A DNA stretch of 64,000 nucleotides from an uncultured cyanobacterium (GCA_963740315.1 CAVUDP010000001.1:512001-576000); one strand, 5' to 3'. Counted from the stretch's first letter, positions 22,447 to 32,799 are shown. Numbers and translations: made by a program. Notes: generated by a model from the sequence alone, not told the origin.

Positions 22447-22481
22447 AAAACCCCGACACTATGTATAAGTGTGGGGGTTTT
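22447..22481. terminator. Probable bidirectional terminator between psbM and the usp gene
   Basis: AAAACCCC-CACT...AGTG-GGGGTTTT imperfect hairpin between convergent genes. Confidence 0.6.
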
Positions 22482-22532
22482 ATCTATCAACCGCGAAATC
22501 TATAATTAAATGAATTGAATGTAAAATTGCAT

Positions 22533-23387
22533 CTAAGCTGCCTCGGTGCGTGCTAGTAAAACCGGACAGGTAGCATTAATCCTGACATAATCAGATAGCG
22601 AAGTACCTAAAAGCTTGTCTAAATCTACAAAACTCTTAGCTATTGAGGGGCGACGATCTGGAGAACCGACTAATAATAAGTCTACGTTCATCTCCGAAGC
22701 CAAGCTACAAATTTTTTCACCCGGTTTGCCAATACTGAGTATACAGCGAGATTTAACGCCTTGTTTTTGAGCTTTATTCGCTGCTTCTGCTAAAATAGGA
22801 TGCTTTTCGGGATTAACTTGGGCAGTTTCGGCTGATGGACTCTTTAAGTCAGTCATCACGTGAGTTAAAATCAACTCGCCGCCTTTGATATCTTTTAGTA
22901 GGAATAAAGCCAAGTCTAAACAGTATTTTGACGCATCAGATTTATCAATTGCCACCATAACCCGGTTAATTCTTTTGACATAAATGTCATCTTTAACCAA
23001 GAGCATGGGACGAGAAGACAATTGAAAAACATACTGACTGACTGAATTCGCCAAAATTGATTCTAAGCGCTTAAGTCCTCTCGAACCCATAATAATCAAA
23101 TCGGCATCGATTTCATTCGCCACTTGACAAACGACATCTTTAGGTTCGCCTTGACGCAGCACCGAATTAACCTGATTGGGATTTAGCTGCAACTTTTGAA
23201 TAGCGCTCGCTAAAATTTTACCGCCTTCTTCCCACTTCGCACTCATTGATTCGGCGGTGGTTTGTGGAGGAACAACGTGCAAAATGGTAATTTTCGCTCG
23301 TTGGATTGATGGTATTTCCTCCATCAGTTTGAGCATTTCTTCCGCGTGTCCCAATCCTGAGACAGCTAGCAAAATGTTTTGCATCAT
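22533..23387 (-). CDS. Universal stress protein (tandem Usp domains)
   Basis: ADLIIMGSRG...SVSQYV and a second VDLLLVGS...SLSDYV domain. Confidence 0.92.
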   Translation of the reverse strand: MMQNILLAVSGLGHAEEMLKLMEEIPSIQRAKITILHVVPPQTTAESMSAKWEEGGKILASAIQKLQLNPNQVNSVLRQGEPKDVVCQVANEIDADLIIMGSRGLKRLESILANSVSQYVFQLSSRPMLLVKDDIYVKRINRVMVAIDKSDASKYCLDLALFLLKDIKGGELILTHVMTDLKSPSAETAQVNPEKHPILAEAANKAQKQGVKSRCILSIGKPGEKICSLASEMNVDLLLVGSPDRRPSIAKSFVDLDKLLGTSLSDYVRINATCPVLLARTEAA

Positions 23388-24057
23388 AGGGACACCTTTT
23401 TATTACTTAGCTTAGGTTTTTACCGCGTTGCTCCATTTTTTCCTGTTGTTTGTCCCAAACCTAATTAGACAAATGACAAAGGACAAAAAAGAGTTATGTA
23501 TAAATGAACCGTTATATTTGAAGTTGAAAATAAAGGTTCCATATCATTTAAGCCTACTTCACATTTTGCACTATATTCTTAACGAATAATTATGAAATTT
23601 ATCAGTTTTAATCTATGTTTAATAAAGTTAACTATAACTAAGTAAACTATTGTAAAGACAATGGATACAAAAATTAAATATATAAAATTAAGTAAAGTAA
23701 TCTTGGCATATTTTCTATTATATGTATCTACAGATTGTATAAATTTATGTAAAGTATAAAAAACTGAATTTGCTATTATAGACTTGTTTGATTTCCCTGA
23801 TTATTTTTAGACGTAGCAATACAAATTATCTACATTGGCGTTAGTTATTTAACAACGCCTTTTTTTTATTATTAAAAGCATTATTTGGGCGATCGCAGCA
23901 AAATTACGATTAAATTCAAAAGCTATTTACTTTAATTAAGAGAAAATTCGGTAGCGGATCTACTTTGGCGCTGGTTATATTAAGTGACATTCTCTTGAAA
24001 TGATTGTCAGTATAATTACACAAGCGGTTATCAACGTATCTACCAGTTATTCACTAT

Positions 24058-27000
24058 ATGCATCCGCACCTAAACTCAGAAAATAATTCCCAGTTGTTCC
24101 AAGTATTTTTGGAGCATACACCTATAGCTGTGGCAATGTTCGATCCTCAGATGTGCCTGATGGCAGCAAGTCGTAAATGGTTGACAGATTACGGCTTGGA
24201 TGGTGAATTGATAGTAGGTCGTTGTTATTACGAAATATTTCCCGAAACTTTAGATAAATGGAAGGTAATTCACCAACGTTGTTTGGCTGGTGCGATCGCC
24301 AGTTGTGAAGCTGAAAAAATCGTAGGTGTTGATGGTGAATTCGAGTGGATTAAATGGGAATGTCGTCCCTGGAATCAAAGCAACGGTGAAATTGGTGGAG
24401 TTATCTTCTCCTCAGAGAAAGTTACCGAACAAATGCTTTGCCAAGAAGCATTAACAAATAGTGAAAAACGCTTCCGAAAGCTAGCCGCAAATCTACCGGG
24501 AGTAATTTATCAGTTTCAACTGAGTGCAAATGGCGAAATGTCATTTCCTTACATAAGTTCCGGTTGTCGCAGGTTTCTGGAAATAGAGCCGATAAAAATA
24601 GAGCAAAATTCTCAACTTGTTTTAGATTTGATTCATCCGGAGGATCGAGAGTCTTATCTAGAGTCAATGAAGCTTTCGGCGGATACATTATTACCGTGGC
24701 TGTGGGAAGGGAGAATAATTACGCCTAGCGGTAAATGTAGGTGGGTTCGCTGCGTATTACGACCGGAACAAGCTGGTGGTAATATTCTCTGGGGTGGGTT
24801 GATGATTGATATCAGCGATCGAATCAAAGTTGAGGAACAGTTACGATCGTATCAGCAAGATTTAGAAACGAAAGTACAGTATCGCACCAATGAACTAATC
24901 GCCCAAATTTCCCGCAGACAACAGGCGGAAGCGCGGTTTGAAAAACTAGCCGCTAACGTTCCGGGAATGATTTATCAATACATATTGCGTCCGGATGGTA
25001 GCAGTTATTTCTCTTATGTAAGTCCCGGTTATCGTGACATTTTTGAATTAGAAGCAGAACAAATTCAGCAAGATGTCAACAGCATTTTTGACCAAACCCA
25101 TCCCGATGACTTGCTAATTTTACAGGAGTCAATAGTAGCTTCCGCCCAAAGTTTACAGCATTGGAAGCAAGAATGGAGAATTACGACTACCCAGGGATTG
25201 AAGTGGTTGCAAGGACACTCTAAACCATCCAAGCAAACTAACGGTGATATTGTCTGGGATGGCATGGTGATGGATATTACCGAGCTTAAGCAAGCAGAAG
25301 ATGCACTAAAACAAAGCGAAGAAAAATTCCGTACTTTGTTTGAAAAATCGGCAGATGGAATTCTTTTGTACAATGGCGAAGTTTTCTTTGACTGCAATCA
25401 AGCAGCAGTCGAGATGATGGGCTGTAGTAGTAAAACGCAATTAATGCGTATGGCACCATCAGCAATTTCTCCCGAATTTCAACCCGATGGGACATCTTCT
25501 GTTGATAAACAAAGAGAGTTTACAAAAACTGCCTATGAATCAGGTAGTCATCGCTTTGAATGGGTGATTCAGCGTATAGATGGTGAAGATATGCCGCTTG
25601 AAGTTCAATTGACAGCTATTCCCTTAAACGGGGAACAAGTTTTTTATACAGTTTGGCAAGATATTACAAACCGCAAACAAGCCGAAGCAGCAGTAAAACG
25701 ATCGAAAGCAAGGTATCGAGAACTAGCCAGTCGGGAAAAATTACTCAACAGTCTTGCCAGTCAAATTCGTAATACGCTTGACGTAGATACAGTCATAGAA
25801 ACAGCTATTAATGAGATTAAGCGATTATTAAATATTGATAATTGCAGCTTCTCTTGGTTTCAACCCAACGCCGAACCTCCCATTTGGGAAACCATAAAAG
25901 AATCGAAAAACAACAGTTTTCCCAGTTTAATCGGTCGCCATTCTATAGTTAAAGTCGGCTCGGTGACAGAAATGTTCTTAAAGCAAGAAGTATTGCAGAT
26001 AGACGATGTAAGCAACTGCCAAGAACCAATACATCGGCAATTCTTAGAATCATTAGGAATCAAATCGGAAATAGTGCTACCAATTCAGACTCGTGACGGT
26101 CAAATTGGTGTAATTGCTTGCGTTCATAGAGCGGAAACTCGCCCTTGGACTGATAGTGAAGTAGAATTGCTCCAAGCAGTAATAGATCAACTTGCGATCG
26201 CCATTAATCAAGCCGCACTCTACAGCATTACCGAGCAAAGGGCATTGAACGCTCAAAAACAAGCGCAACAGATAGAACAAACGCTGCAACAACTCCAAAA
26301 AGCTCAATCTCAATTAGTGCAAAGCGAAAAAATGTCTAGTTTAGGTCAGCTAGTCGCTGGAGTCGCTCACGAAATCAATAACCCGGTTAATTTTATCTAC
26401 GGTAATTTAATTCACGCTAATAATTATACTGAAGATATAATCAGTTTACTCAAACTGTACGAGCAAGAATATCCTCAACCGACTCCGGAAATGCAAGAGG
26501 AAATAGAAACTTTAGATTTAGATTTCTTAATTTCCGACTTACCCAAAATAATGAAATCAATGATGGTAGGGGCGCAGAGAATTCGAGAAATCGTGCAATC
26601 GTTGAGAACTTTTTCCCGACTTGACGAAGCTGAAATGAAAACGGTAGATATTCATGAAGGCATTGAAAGTACCTTAATGATTTTGCAGCATCGCCTCAAA
26701 CCCAAGCAGAAAAATCAAGGGATTGAAATAATAAAAGAATATGGCAACTTAGCTAAAATAGTTTGCTTTCCAGGACAGCTAAACCAAGTATTTATGAATT
26801 TAATTGCTAATGCTATTGATGCTTTAGAAGAAGGAGTAACTAAAGCTCAAGTATCCACTCCCACAATTACAATTACCACAAAAACGATCCAGAGCGATCG
26901 CGTTGCAATCCACATCGCCGATAATGGTACGGGAATATCTGCTTGCGTGCGGCAACGTTTATTTGACCCATTTTTTACTACCAAGCCCATCGGAGTTGGA

Positions 27001-27135
27001 ACTGGTTTGGGGTTATCAATCAGTTATCAAATAGTAGTTGATAGACATGGTGGTAACATAAACTGCTTTAGCGAACCAGGGCAAGGTACAGAATTTGTAA
27101 TTGAAATTCCCGTAACTCAACCAGGTAATACTTGA
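24058..27135 (+). CDS. Multi-PAS/GAF sensor histidine kinase
   Basis: Several PAS repeats (NLPGVIYQF, HPEDR), GAF (RPWTDSEVELL), AHEINNPVNFI, GTGLGLSIS. Confidence 0.93.
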   Translation: MHPHLNSENNSQLFQVFLEHTPIAVAMFDPQMCLMAASRKWLTDYGLDGELIVGRCYYEIFPETLDKWKVIHQRCLAGAIASCEAEKIVGVDGEFEWIKWECRPWNQSNGEIGGVIFSSEKVTEQMLCQEALTNSEKRFRKLAANLPGVIYQFQLSANGEMSFPYISSGCRRFLEIEPIKIEQNSQLVLDLIHPEDRESYLESMKLSADTLLPWLWEGRIITPSGKCRWVRCVLRPEQAGGNILWGGLMIDISDRIKVEEQLRSYQQDLETKVQYRTNELIAQISRRQQAEARFEKLAANVPGMIYQYILRPDGSSYFSYVSPGYRDIFELEAEQIQQDVNSIFDQTHPDDLLILQESIVASAQSLQHWKQEWRITTTQGLKWLQGHSKPSKQTNGDIVWDGMVMDITELKQAEDALKQSEEKFRTLFEKSADGILLYNGEVFFDCNQAAVEMMGCSSKTQLMRMAPSAISPEFQPDGTSSVDKQREFTKTAYESGSHRFEWVIQRIDGEDMPLEVQLTAIPLNGEQVFYTVWQDITNRKQAEAAVKRSKARYRELASREKLLNSLASQIRNTLDVDTVIETAINEIKRLLNIDNCSFSWFQPNAEPPIWETIKESKNNSFPSLIGRHSIVKVGSVTEMFLKQEVLQIDDVSNCQEPIHRQFLESLGIKSEIVLPIQTRDGQIGVIACVHRAETRPWTDSEVELLQAVIDQLAIAINQAALYSITEQRALNAQKQAQQIEQTLQQLQKAQSQLVQSEKMSSLGQLVAGVAHEINNPVNFIYGNLIHANNYTEDIISLLKLYEQEYPQPTPEMQEEIETLDLDFLISDLPKIMKSMMVGAQRIREIVQSLRTFSRLDEAEMKTVDIHEGIESTLMILQHRLKPKQKNQGIEIIKEYGNLAKIVCFPGQLNQVFMNLIANAIDALEEGVTKAQVSTPTITITTKTIQSDRVAIHIADNGTGISACVRQRLFDPFFTTKPIGVGTGLGLSISYQIVVDRHGGNINCFSEPGQGTEFVIEIPVTQPGNT

Positions 27136-27265
27136 TTGATTTCATAGCGTTTCGATCCCCCCTAACCCCCCTTGGCAAGGGGGGAATTGGAATTAAAGTC
27201 CCCCAAAGAGGGCGGGGGATTTAAGGGGATCTTACAAGATGTGTGTACGCGGTTCCCCAATTCAC

Positions 27266-29371
27266 TTAAGCAGCACTTTTTAAACCGTTATGCTTGAGTA
27301 AAGGTTCGGTACTCGGTTCCCTACCCCGGAAAGCTTGAAATACTTCCATCGGGTGTTTGCTACCACCAAGAGCAAGTACGGTGTCGCGGTAACGTATGCC
27401 TGTCTCTTTAATTGCTTCTTCGTCTTCTAATCCAGCTTCTTCAAAAGCAGCAAAAGCATCCGCACTCAACACTTCAGCCCACTTATAGCTGTAATAACCT
27501 GCGGCATATCCCCCAGCAAAAATGTGTCCGAACGCACAGAGAAAATTATCTTCGGGGATTGGTGGTAATATAGTTGTATTCTTGGCAATGCGACGGCGAA
27601 CATCATCGGGTGTCTCATCACCATCGGGACGATAGCGGTAATGTAATTCGATATCGAGCAAGCTAAAGTTCAACTGACGCAACATATAGCCACCACTCAT
27701 ATAGTTGCGTGCGGCTACAAGTTTTTGATAATAATGTTCTGGTAGAGATTCCCCGGTTTCGTAATGTTTTGCCATTCCCATTAAAGTCGGACGTTCGTAA
27801 CACCAGTTTTCCATAAACTGACTAGGTAATTCTACGGCATCCCATTCGACGTTATTAATACCAGCAGCACTAGGATAATCTATCTTAGTTAGCATATGCT
27901 GCAAACCGTGACCGAATTCATGGAACAAGGTTTCTACTTCCGTGAAGGTCATTAAACTCGGCTTATCATCTACCGGGGGGGTTTGGTTGCAGATCAAGTA
28001 TGCGACTGGTAGCTGAGTCTGTATTTTACCATTTTCTTCGATTTTACGACGATTTAGACAGGTATCCATCCATGCACCGCCACGTTTCTCAACTGGACGG
28101 CTATAGGGGTCTAAATAAAAGTAAGCTATAGGATTACCAGTTTCATCAGTTATTTGGAAATAACGGACATCTTCATGCCATACGGGGGCTTGTCCGTCGG
28201 CAGGAGTGACGCTAACGTTAAATAAACGTTTTACCAATCCAAATAAGCCATCGAGAACTTGGGGAAGCGGAAAATAAGGACGCAACTCTTCTTGTGTAAA
28301 ATCAAACTTCTCTTCCCGTTGACGTTCCGACCAAAAGCTGATATCCCAGTTTTTTAAATCCTTAGCTTCTGGGGCATTTTTAGAAGCTGCAAATTGTTTG
28401 AGTTCTTCTAATTCTTTTTGTGCGGCATCGTAACTGGTAAGGCGTAATTCTTCTAAGAGTTTATCTACCGCTTCCACATTAGGAGCCATTTTACTCGCTA
28501 AACTCACCTCTGCATAGTTGTTATATCCGAGTAATTCAGCTAATTCCTGTCTTAGCTCCAAAATACGCTTAATTATCGGTCTATTATCCAACTCACCCGA
28601 AGATGCGCGAGAGACAAAAGCTTTATATAATGTTTCGCGTAAATCCCGTCGCTTGCTATGCTGCATAAAAGGATAATAGCTGGGAAAATCCAAAGTGACG
28701 CGCCAGGGACCATTTTCCGGAGTCGCGTTTTCCTCACCCGCATCTCGTGCGGTTTGGGCTGCCAAACTCAGCCAGCTTGGGGGTAAACCTTCGACTTCTT
28801 CAGGTGTTATTAACGTCAAACTAAAAGCTTTAGTTGCATCCAAAACGTGATTTGAGAACTTCGTAGAAATTTCCGCCATTTCCATCTGGATTGCATTAAA
28901 ACGTTCTTGCGCTTCACCTTCCAAACCGATACCAGCAAGTTCGGCATCGCGGATAGATGATTCAACAATGCGTTGTTGTGCAGAATCCAAAGTATTCCAA
29001 ATAGAGGCGGTCCGCAGCGCTTTAAAAGCATTATAAATCGGTTTACTTTGGCTTAGTCTGTTAGAAAACTGGACTATTTCCGGCTGTGAAGTTTCGTAAG
29101 CTTGACGTAATTCCGGGCTATTTTTCACACCCATCAAATGGCTAACTATACCCCAACTCCAAGTTAAACGTTCGGTTAACCGTTCTAAAGGTTCTACCAA
29201 ACCGCTCCAAGTAGGTAAAACGTTTGTTTCTAATTGAGTAAGTTCTTCATTTAATTCCGAAAGCAATTGATTTAAAGCAGGCTCTACGTGTTCCGGTTTG
29301 ATTTGTGTAAAAGCAGGTAAACCCGAACATTTGAGCAAGGGATTATCTGAAATAGCAACTTTTGTAGTCAT
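27266..29371 (-). CDS. prlC: Oligopeptidase A (M3 family)
   Basis: FHEFGHGLQH, WDAVELPSQFMENW, GYAAGYYSYKWAEVL. Confidence 0.95.
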   Translation of the reverse strand: MTTKVAISDNPLLKCSGLPAFTQIKPEHVEPALNQLLSELNEELTQLETNVLPTWSGLVEPLERLTERLTWSWGIVSHLMGVKNSPELRQAYETSQPEIVQFSNRLSQSKPIYNAFKALRTASIWNTLDSAQQRIVESSIRDAELAGIGLEGEAQERFNAIQMEMAEISTKFSNHVLDATKAFSLTLITPEEVEGLPPSWLSLAAQTARDAGEENATPENGPWRVTLDFPSYYPFMQHSKRRDLRETLYKAFVSRASSGELDNRPIIKRILELRQELAELLGYNNYAEVSLASKMAPNVEAVDKLLEELRLTSYDAAQKELEELKQFAASKNAPEAKDLKNWDISFWSERQREEKFDFTQEELRPYFPLPQVLDGLFGLVKRLFNVSVTPADGQAPVWHEDVRYFQITDETGNPIAYFYLDPYSRPVEKRGGAWMDTCLNRRKIEENGKIQTQLPVAYLICNQTPPVDDKPSLMTFTEVETLFHEFGHGLQHMLTKIDYPSAAGINNVEWDAVELPSQFMENWCYERPTLMGMAKHYETGESLPEHYYQKLVAARNYMSGGYMLRQLNFSLLDIELHYRYRPDGDETPDDVRRRIAKNTTILPPIPEDNFLCAFGHIFAGGYAAGYYSYKWAEVLSADAFAAFEEAGLEDEEAIKETGIRYRDTVLALGGSKHPMEVFQAFRGREPSTEPLLKHNGLKSAA

Positions 29372-29485
29372 AAATATGTGTGAGAGACAAATATTCTATT
29401 ATATAGTTCTAATTTAATGAATATTCGTAAAAAGGGCGTTTGTGGAATTCCGTACCGAGGAGGTTGGGGGATGGGGAGATGGGGA

Positions 29486-29600
29486 GTACTTCGACAAGTC
29501 TTACAGTGAGCTACGTCGAACTGCTCAGTAACCTTTGGGGAGATGGGGAGTACTTCGACAAGTCTTACAGTGAGCTACGTCGAACTGCTCAGTAACCTTT
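29486..29600 (+). repeat. Two copies of the 51-nt dispersed repeat
   Basis: Cores at 29486 and 29550. Confidence 0.95.
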
Positions 29601-29664
29601 GGGGAGATGGGGGGACACAAATAATTTTAACCTTTAACCTTTAACATGCAGACCTTTAACCTTT

Positions 29665-30768
29665 TTACCCATTCGCTAAAATCTTCCTCGTCAATTTAAC
29701 GTAAGTCTTCACCGTTTCATAAGGTATTTCTAAATCGGTGGCAATATCTTGTAGTGATTCGCCGGTTTCTCGTCGTGCCATGATTAAGGCGCGTTTTTCA
29801 CAGACAGCGATCGCTCTTTCTCCACCCGTGCGCTTTTGTTTTGACATCAGTATCTCGGTAATTTGCGCGATTCTCTGGGCTAGTAGCTCTTGTGGTGATA
29901 CTATTTCTACTTTCTCCGATTCAATTAACCATCCCAACCTTGTTTGTCCCAAACCAAAAGTAGTTTTATGTCCTGTACCACAATAAGGTGCAAGTTGTGC
30001 CAGCGCTTTGAATAAATTTACATATTCGGAATTATCTAATGCGTCTTTACTCAAACCTAATTCCACCGCACCCGTAAATCCAGTCACTAAACCTCTTTTA
30101 CCACCAGCAACCTTAGTAGTAGAAATTTGATGGCGTTGAATAATTACGTTTTCGTCTACCCATTCTAAAAAGGCATCTTGTTCGACAGGTAAATTAGAAA
30201 AATTATTCCAGCGTCGTAAATAGCTATGAAAAATATTGAAAGGTAGCGGTAAAGGAAAATGATGTTTTTTGCGACGAAAGCTGGTAGGGCTGATATAGCT
30301 TAACGAAAGAGTGTTTTTAGCTTTATTTTGTAATAATTGTTTGTAAGTTGTGGGCTGATGGGCAACTTCCACCGAGTTGATTTGTAAAGGTGCGTTGCGA
30401 AGTTCAATAGTGTTGGGTAAATTTTGCAACCAATCCGCCATCCATTCCACCAACCGCGATGATAGTGCAGTCACGTACCATTGATAATTGGAATTTGCTA
30501 AAAGCTGTAATTTTGTGCCATTACTAAAAAAATCTCCTTGCAAACGAGAGATAGTAAACGGCTTTTCCGATTCCCCATCATGCAGATGAGCCGATAAATC
30601 GGGATTTGTTTGTCGTACTCGATCTAAAAACCAAGCGTGGAGTCCCTTCGTATATTCGGGGAAGATAGTGTAATTGCCTAGTGGAACTGCATTAAAAACT
30701 ATCCCTACCAACTCCGTGTCGGTGGGTAGAGTAATTTTCGCCGAGGATTTTTTGCGAGTTGTAGGCAT
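29665..30768 (-). CDS. cas6: CRISPR-associated endoribonuclease Cas6 with C-terminal HTH extension
   Basis: LHD...KPFTIS, SPTSFR, Gly-rich loop YCGTGHKTTFGLG; tail ESLQDIATDLEIPYETVKTYVK is HTH-like. Confidence 0.92.
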   Translation of the reverse strand: MPTTRKKSSAKITLPTDTELVGIVFNAVPLGNYTIFPEYTKGLHAWFLDRVRQTNPDLSAHLHDGESEKPFTISRLQGDFFSNGTKLQLLANSNYQWYVTALSSRLVEWMADWLQNLPNTIELRNAPLQINSVEVAHQPTTYKQLLQNKAKNTLSLSYISPTSFRRKKHHFPLPLPFNIFHSYLRRWNNFSNLPVEQDAFLEWVDENVIIQRHQISTTKVAGGKRGLVTGFTGAVELGLSKDALDNSEYVNLFKALAQLAPYCGTGHKTTFGLGQTRLGWLIESEKVEIVSPQELLAQRIAQITEILMSKQKRTGGERAIAVCEKRALIMARRETGESLQDIATDLEIPYETVKTYVKLTRKILANG

Positions 30769-30800
30769 AGTGAGATTTTACATGATTTTATTCACCCCGC

Positions 30801-31114
30801 ACTAGGGACGTAAGGTTTGTAGTAAGAGTTTTAATCGTATTTGAGGTAACAAATCCTCACTACTAACCCCGCAAAACTTATGTCGTTAATGCGTTTGATT
30901 AATTCTGATAGGTTCGTAGTAAGGGCTTAAGCCCTCCAGATTTAGTACTAAAATCGGCACGTCGAACCAATCAAATTTAATGCAATCAACTACTACTACT
31001 CCTTTTCATTAATTTTGACGGGTTCGTAGTAAGGGCATTGGTTCCCTAAATCCGGAGGCGCTGAAGCGCTTACTACGAACCTTTTTACCCAGCAAAACTT
31101 TTGAAAGAGACTAG
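30801..31114. repeat. Cluster of GTAGT...ACTAC palindromic REP/MITE-like elements bounded by CTAG
   Basis: e.g. GGTTCGTAGTAAG...CTTACTACGAACC; related elements near 34596-34722 and 38478-38565. Confidence 0.55.
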
Positions 31115-31160
31115 GTAAGGTTTTAAGTGCGTTTTAACCTATTTACCCCACATCGATCGA

Positions 31161-31721
31161 TTAAACGTTAAATTCCTGAAGAATCCGCTCCAATTCAACC
31201 GTCATAAAATTAATATTACCTTGTTGATAAATCTTCAGCAATTCCCCATAAAACCATAATTTATCTTCCTTACTACCGCTGAAATAATTCCATAATTCAT
31301 CACCTTTATTCCGATATCCGATCGACAGACTTCTGGCATTATGTAACTTATCCGCAAGAGATACCAACTTTACAGAATCCGAAGCATTGCGGATGTTTTC
31401 TATATAATTAACTTTGCGTTCCTTCCAAGGTGGCTTCGGCGTAATATCCGATTCCGTGCAGCCATCAACAATTTCGACAACCGTTTCACCGAATTTCTGA
31501 CGGATTTCTTCGCGTGTTGCTTTACCTCCTTGGTCTTCTACGGCATCATGTAATAAGCCCGCGATCGCTTCATCTTCCGATCCTCCGGCTTCTAATATTA
31601 AGGAAGAAACCGACATTAAATGAGAAATATAAGGGATTTTGTCTACCTTTCGGGTTTGATTCGCGTGTAATTGGGTAGCGTAAACTAAAGCTCGTGCAAA
31701 TTTTTCTGTTAATTCAGTCAT
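31161..31721 (-). CDS. HD-domain protein, RelA/SpoT hydrolase-like (Mesh1/small alarmone hydrolase)
   Basis: HANQTRK..IPYISH, AGLLHDAVED, LVSLADKLHNAR. Confidence 0.88.
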   Translation of the reverse strand: MTELTEKFARALVYATQLHANQTRKVDKIPYISHLMSVSSLILEAGGSEDEAIAGLLHDAVEDQGGKATREEIRQKFGETVVEIVDGCTESDITPKPPWKERKVNYIENIRNASDSVKLVSLADKLHNARSLSIGYRNKGDELWNYFSGSKEDKLWFYGELLKIYQQGNINFMTVELERILQEFNV

Positions 31722-31835
31722 TCGATTTTGGATTTTAGATTTTGGATTACCTATCTCTCCTTATTTCTTCTTTCTACGCCTTTGCGGTTTTTTAATCGGT
31801 AATCTTTTGGCGGAATAGGATTAATCTCATAACTC

Positions 31836-31966
31836 TAGTACCACACGGCTTAAATCGCGCACCCCTAATTTTAATGCTCAGAAGTCGGGTTTTTATAAAA
31901 TTTGTAAGTGTATTACAGATACGTATTCTAAAAACCCGACTTCTCAACCGTAGTCGAGCCGTGTCA
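31836..31966. mobile_element. MITE-like element abutting the CRISPR trailer
   Basis: CACGGC...GCCGTG outer arms and AGAAGTCGGGTTTT...AAAACCCGACTTCT inner inverted repeat. Confidence 0.5.
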
Positions 31967-31971
31967 AATTG

Positions 31972-32444
31972 TGATCCTTCCCCGTTAGGGGCAAGTGGTT
32001 TGTAAAGTATAAAAACCTATATTGACGACTTTAGGGGATTGAAAGAGTTTCCATCCCCGTTAGAGGCAAGTGGTTTGTAAAGTAATGCAATGAAAGGCGA
32101 CGTTAGGGAAGGAATGAAGGTTTCTATCCCCGTTAGGGGCAAGTGGTTTGTAAAGTTCTCCAATCAAATTTACTATGGATAGATTGTTGAAAGTTTCCAT
32201 CCCCGTTAGGGGCAAGTGGTTTGTAAAGTCTTGCAAAAAAGGGGAATTTTGTCCACCAGATAATGTTTCCATCCCCGTTAGGGGCAAGTGGTTTGTAAAG
32301 GAAGAGAGTTGAAACAGATCAATCTTTTTCTAAGAAGTTTCCATCCCCGTTAGGGGCAAGTGGTTTGTAAAGAACAGCTTGTCCAAAGCCAAAGAAAGGC
32401 TACCTTTTGTTTCCATCCCCGTTAGGGGCAAGTGGTTTGTAAAG
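31972..32444 (-). CRISPR. CRISPR array: 7 repeats (36 nt, CTTTACAAACCACTTGCCCCTAACGGGGATGGAAAC on the minus strand) and 6 spacers of 36-39 nt
   Basis: Repeats start at 31972 (degenerate), 32047, 32120, 32193, 32265, 32337 and 32409; CCCC-TAAC-GGGG hairpin and ATGGAAAC 3' end; degeneracy increases leftwards. Confidence 0.97.
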
Positions 32445-32640
32445 AGTTCACTTCTAGAACCCTTACACAGAGAAGCTTTGAGATACCCCAATCGACGCAT
32501 CTCGAAAAAATGCAAAAATATTTCGAGAAAACAACCATTTTCGTCGTCTGAAAACCTTACTGGGTAAGGCATCGACGCATCTCAACGAAGTTATAGGGTT
32601 TTCAAGGTTCTGGCGAGATGCGTCGATTTAAAGTTTAACG
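32445..32640 (-). promoter_or_regulatory. CRISPR leader with 13-bp ATCGACGCATCTC direct and inverted motifs
   Basis: Motif at 32491-32503 and 32571-32583, inverted at 32615-32627; adjacent to the best-conserved repeat. Confidence 0.75.
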
Positions 32641-32799
32641 CTATCTTCGTAGTCAGATTATATTGATTGATGGCGATTATCAAGTTAATTATAAAAAAAT
32701 TTACATGGCATCGAGTTTATTTTGTATTTATAACTTAAAGCTATGTTATGTAGCGCGATCGCCATTCATCTACTTATCTATCAAAAACCTCACCGATAA

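Noticed and set aside
32008..32046. Spacer containing TAGGGGATTGAAA, resembling the end of other cyanobacterial CRISPR repeats
   Set aside because: The match is short, the rest of the spacer is not repeat-like, and it reads as plausible coding sequence; likely chance
32060..32572. ORFs overlapping the CRISPR array
   Set aside because: They are translations of repeats and spacers (recurring NHLPLTGMET)
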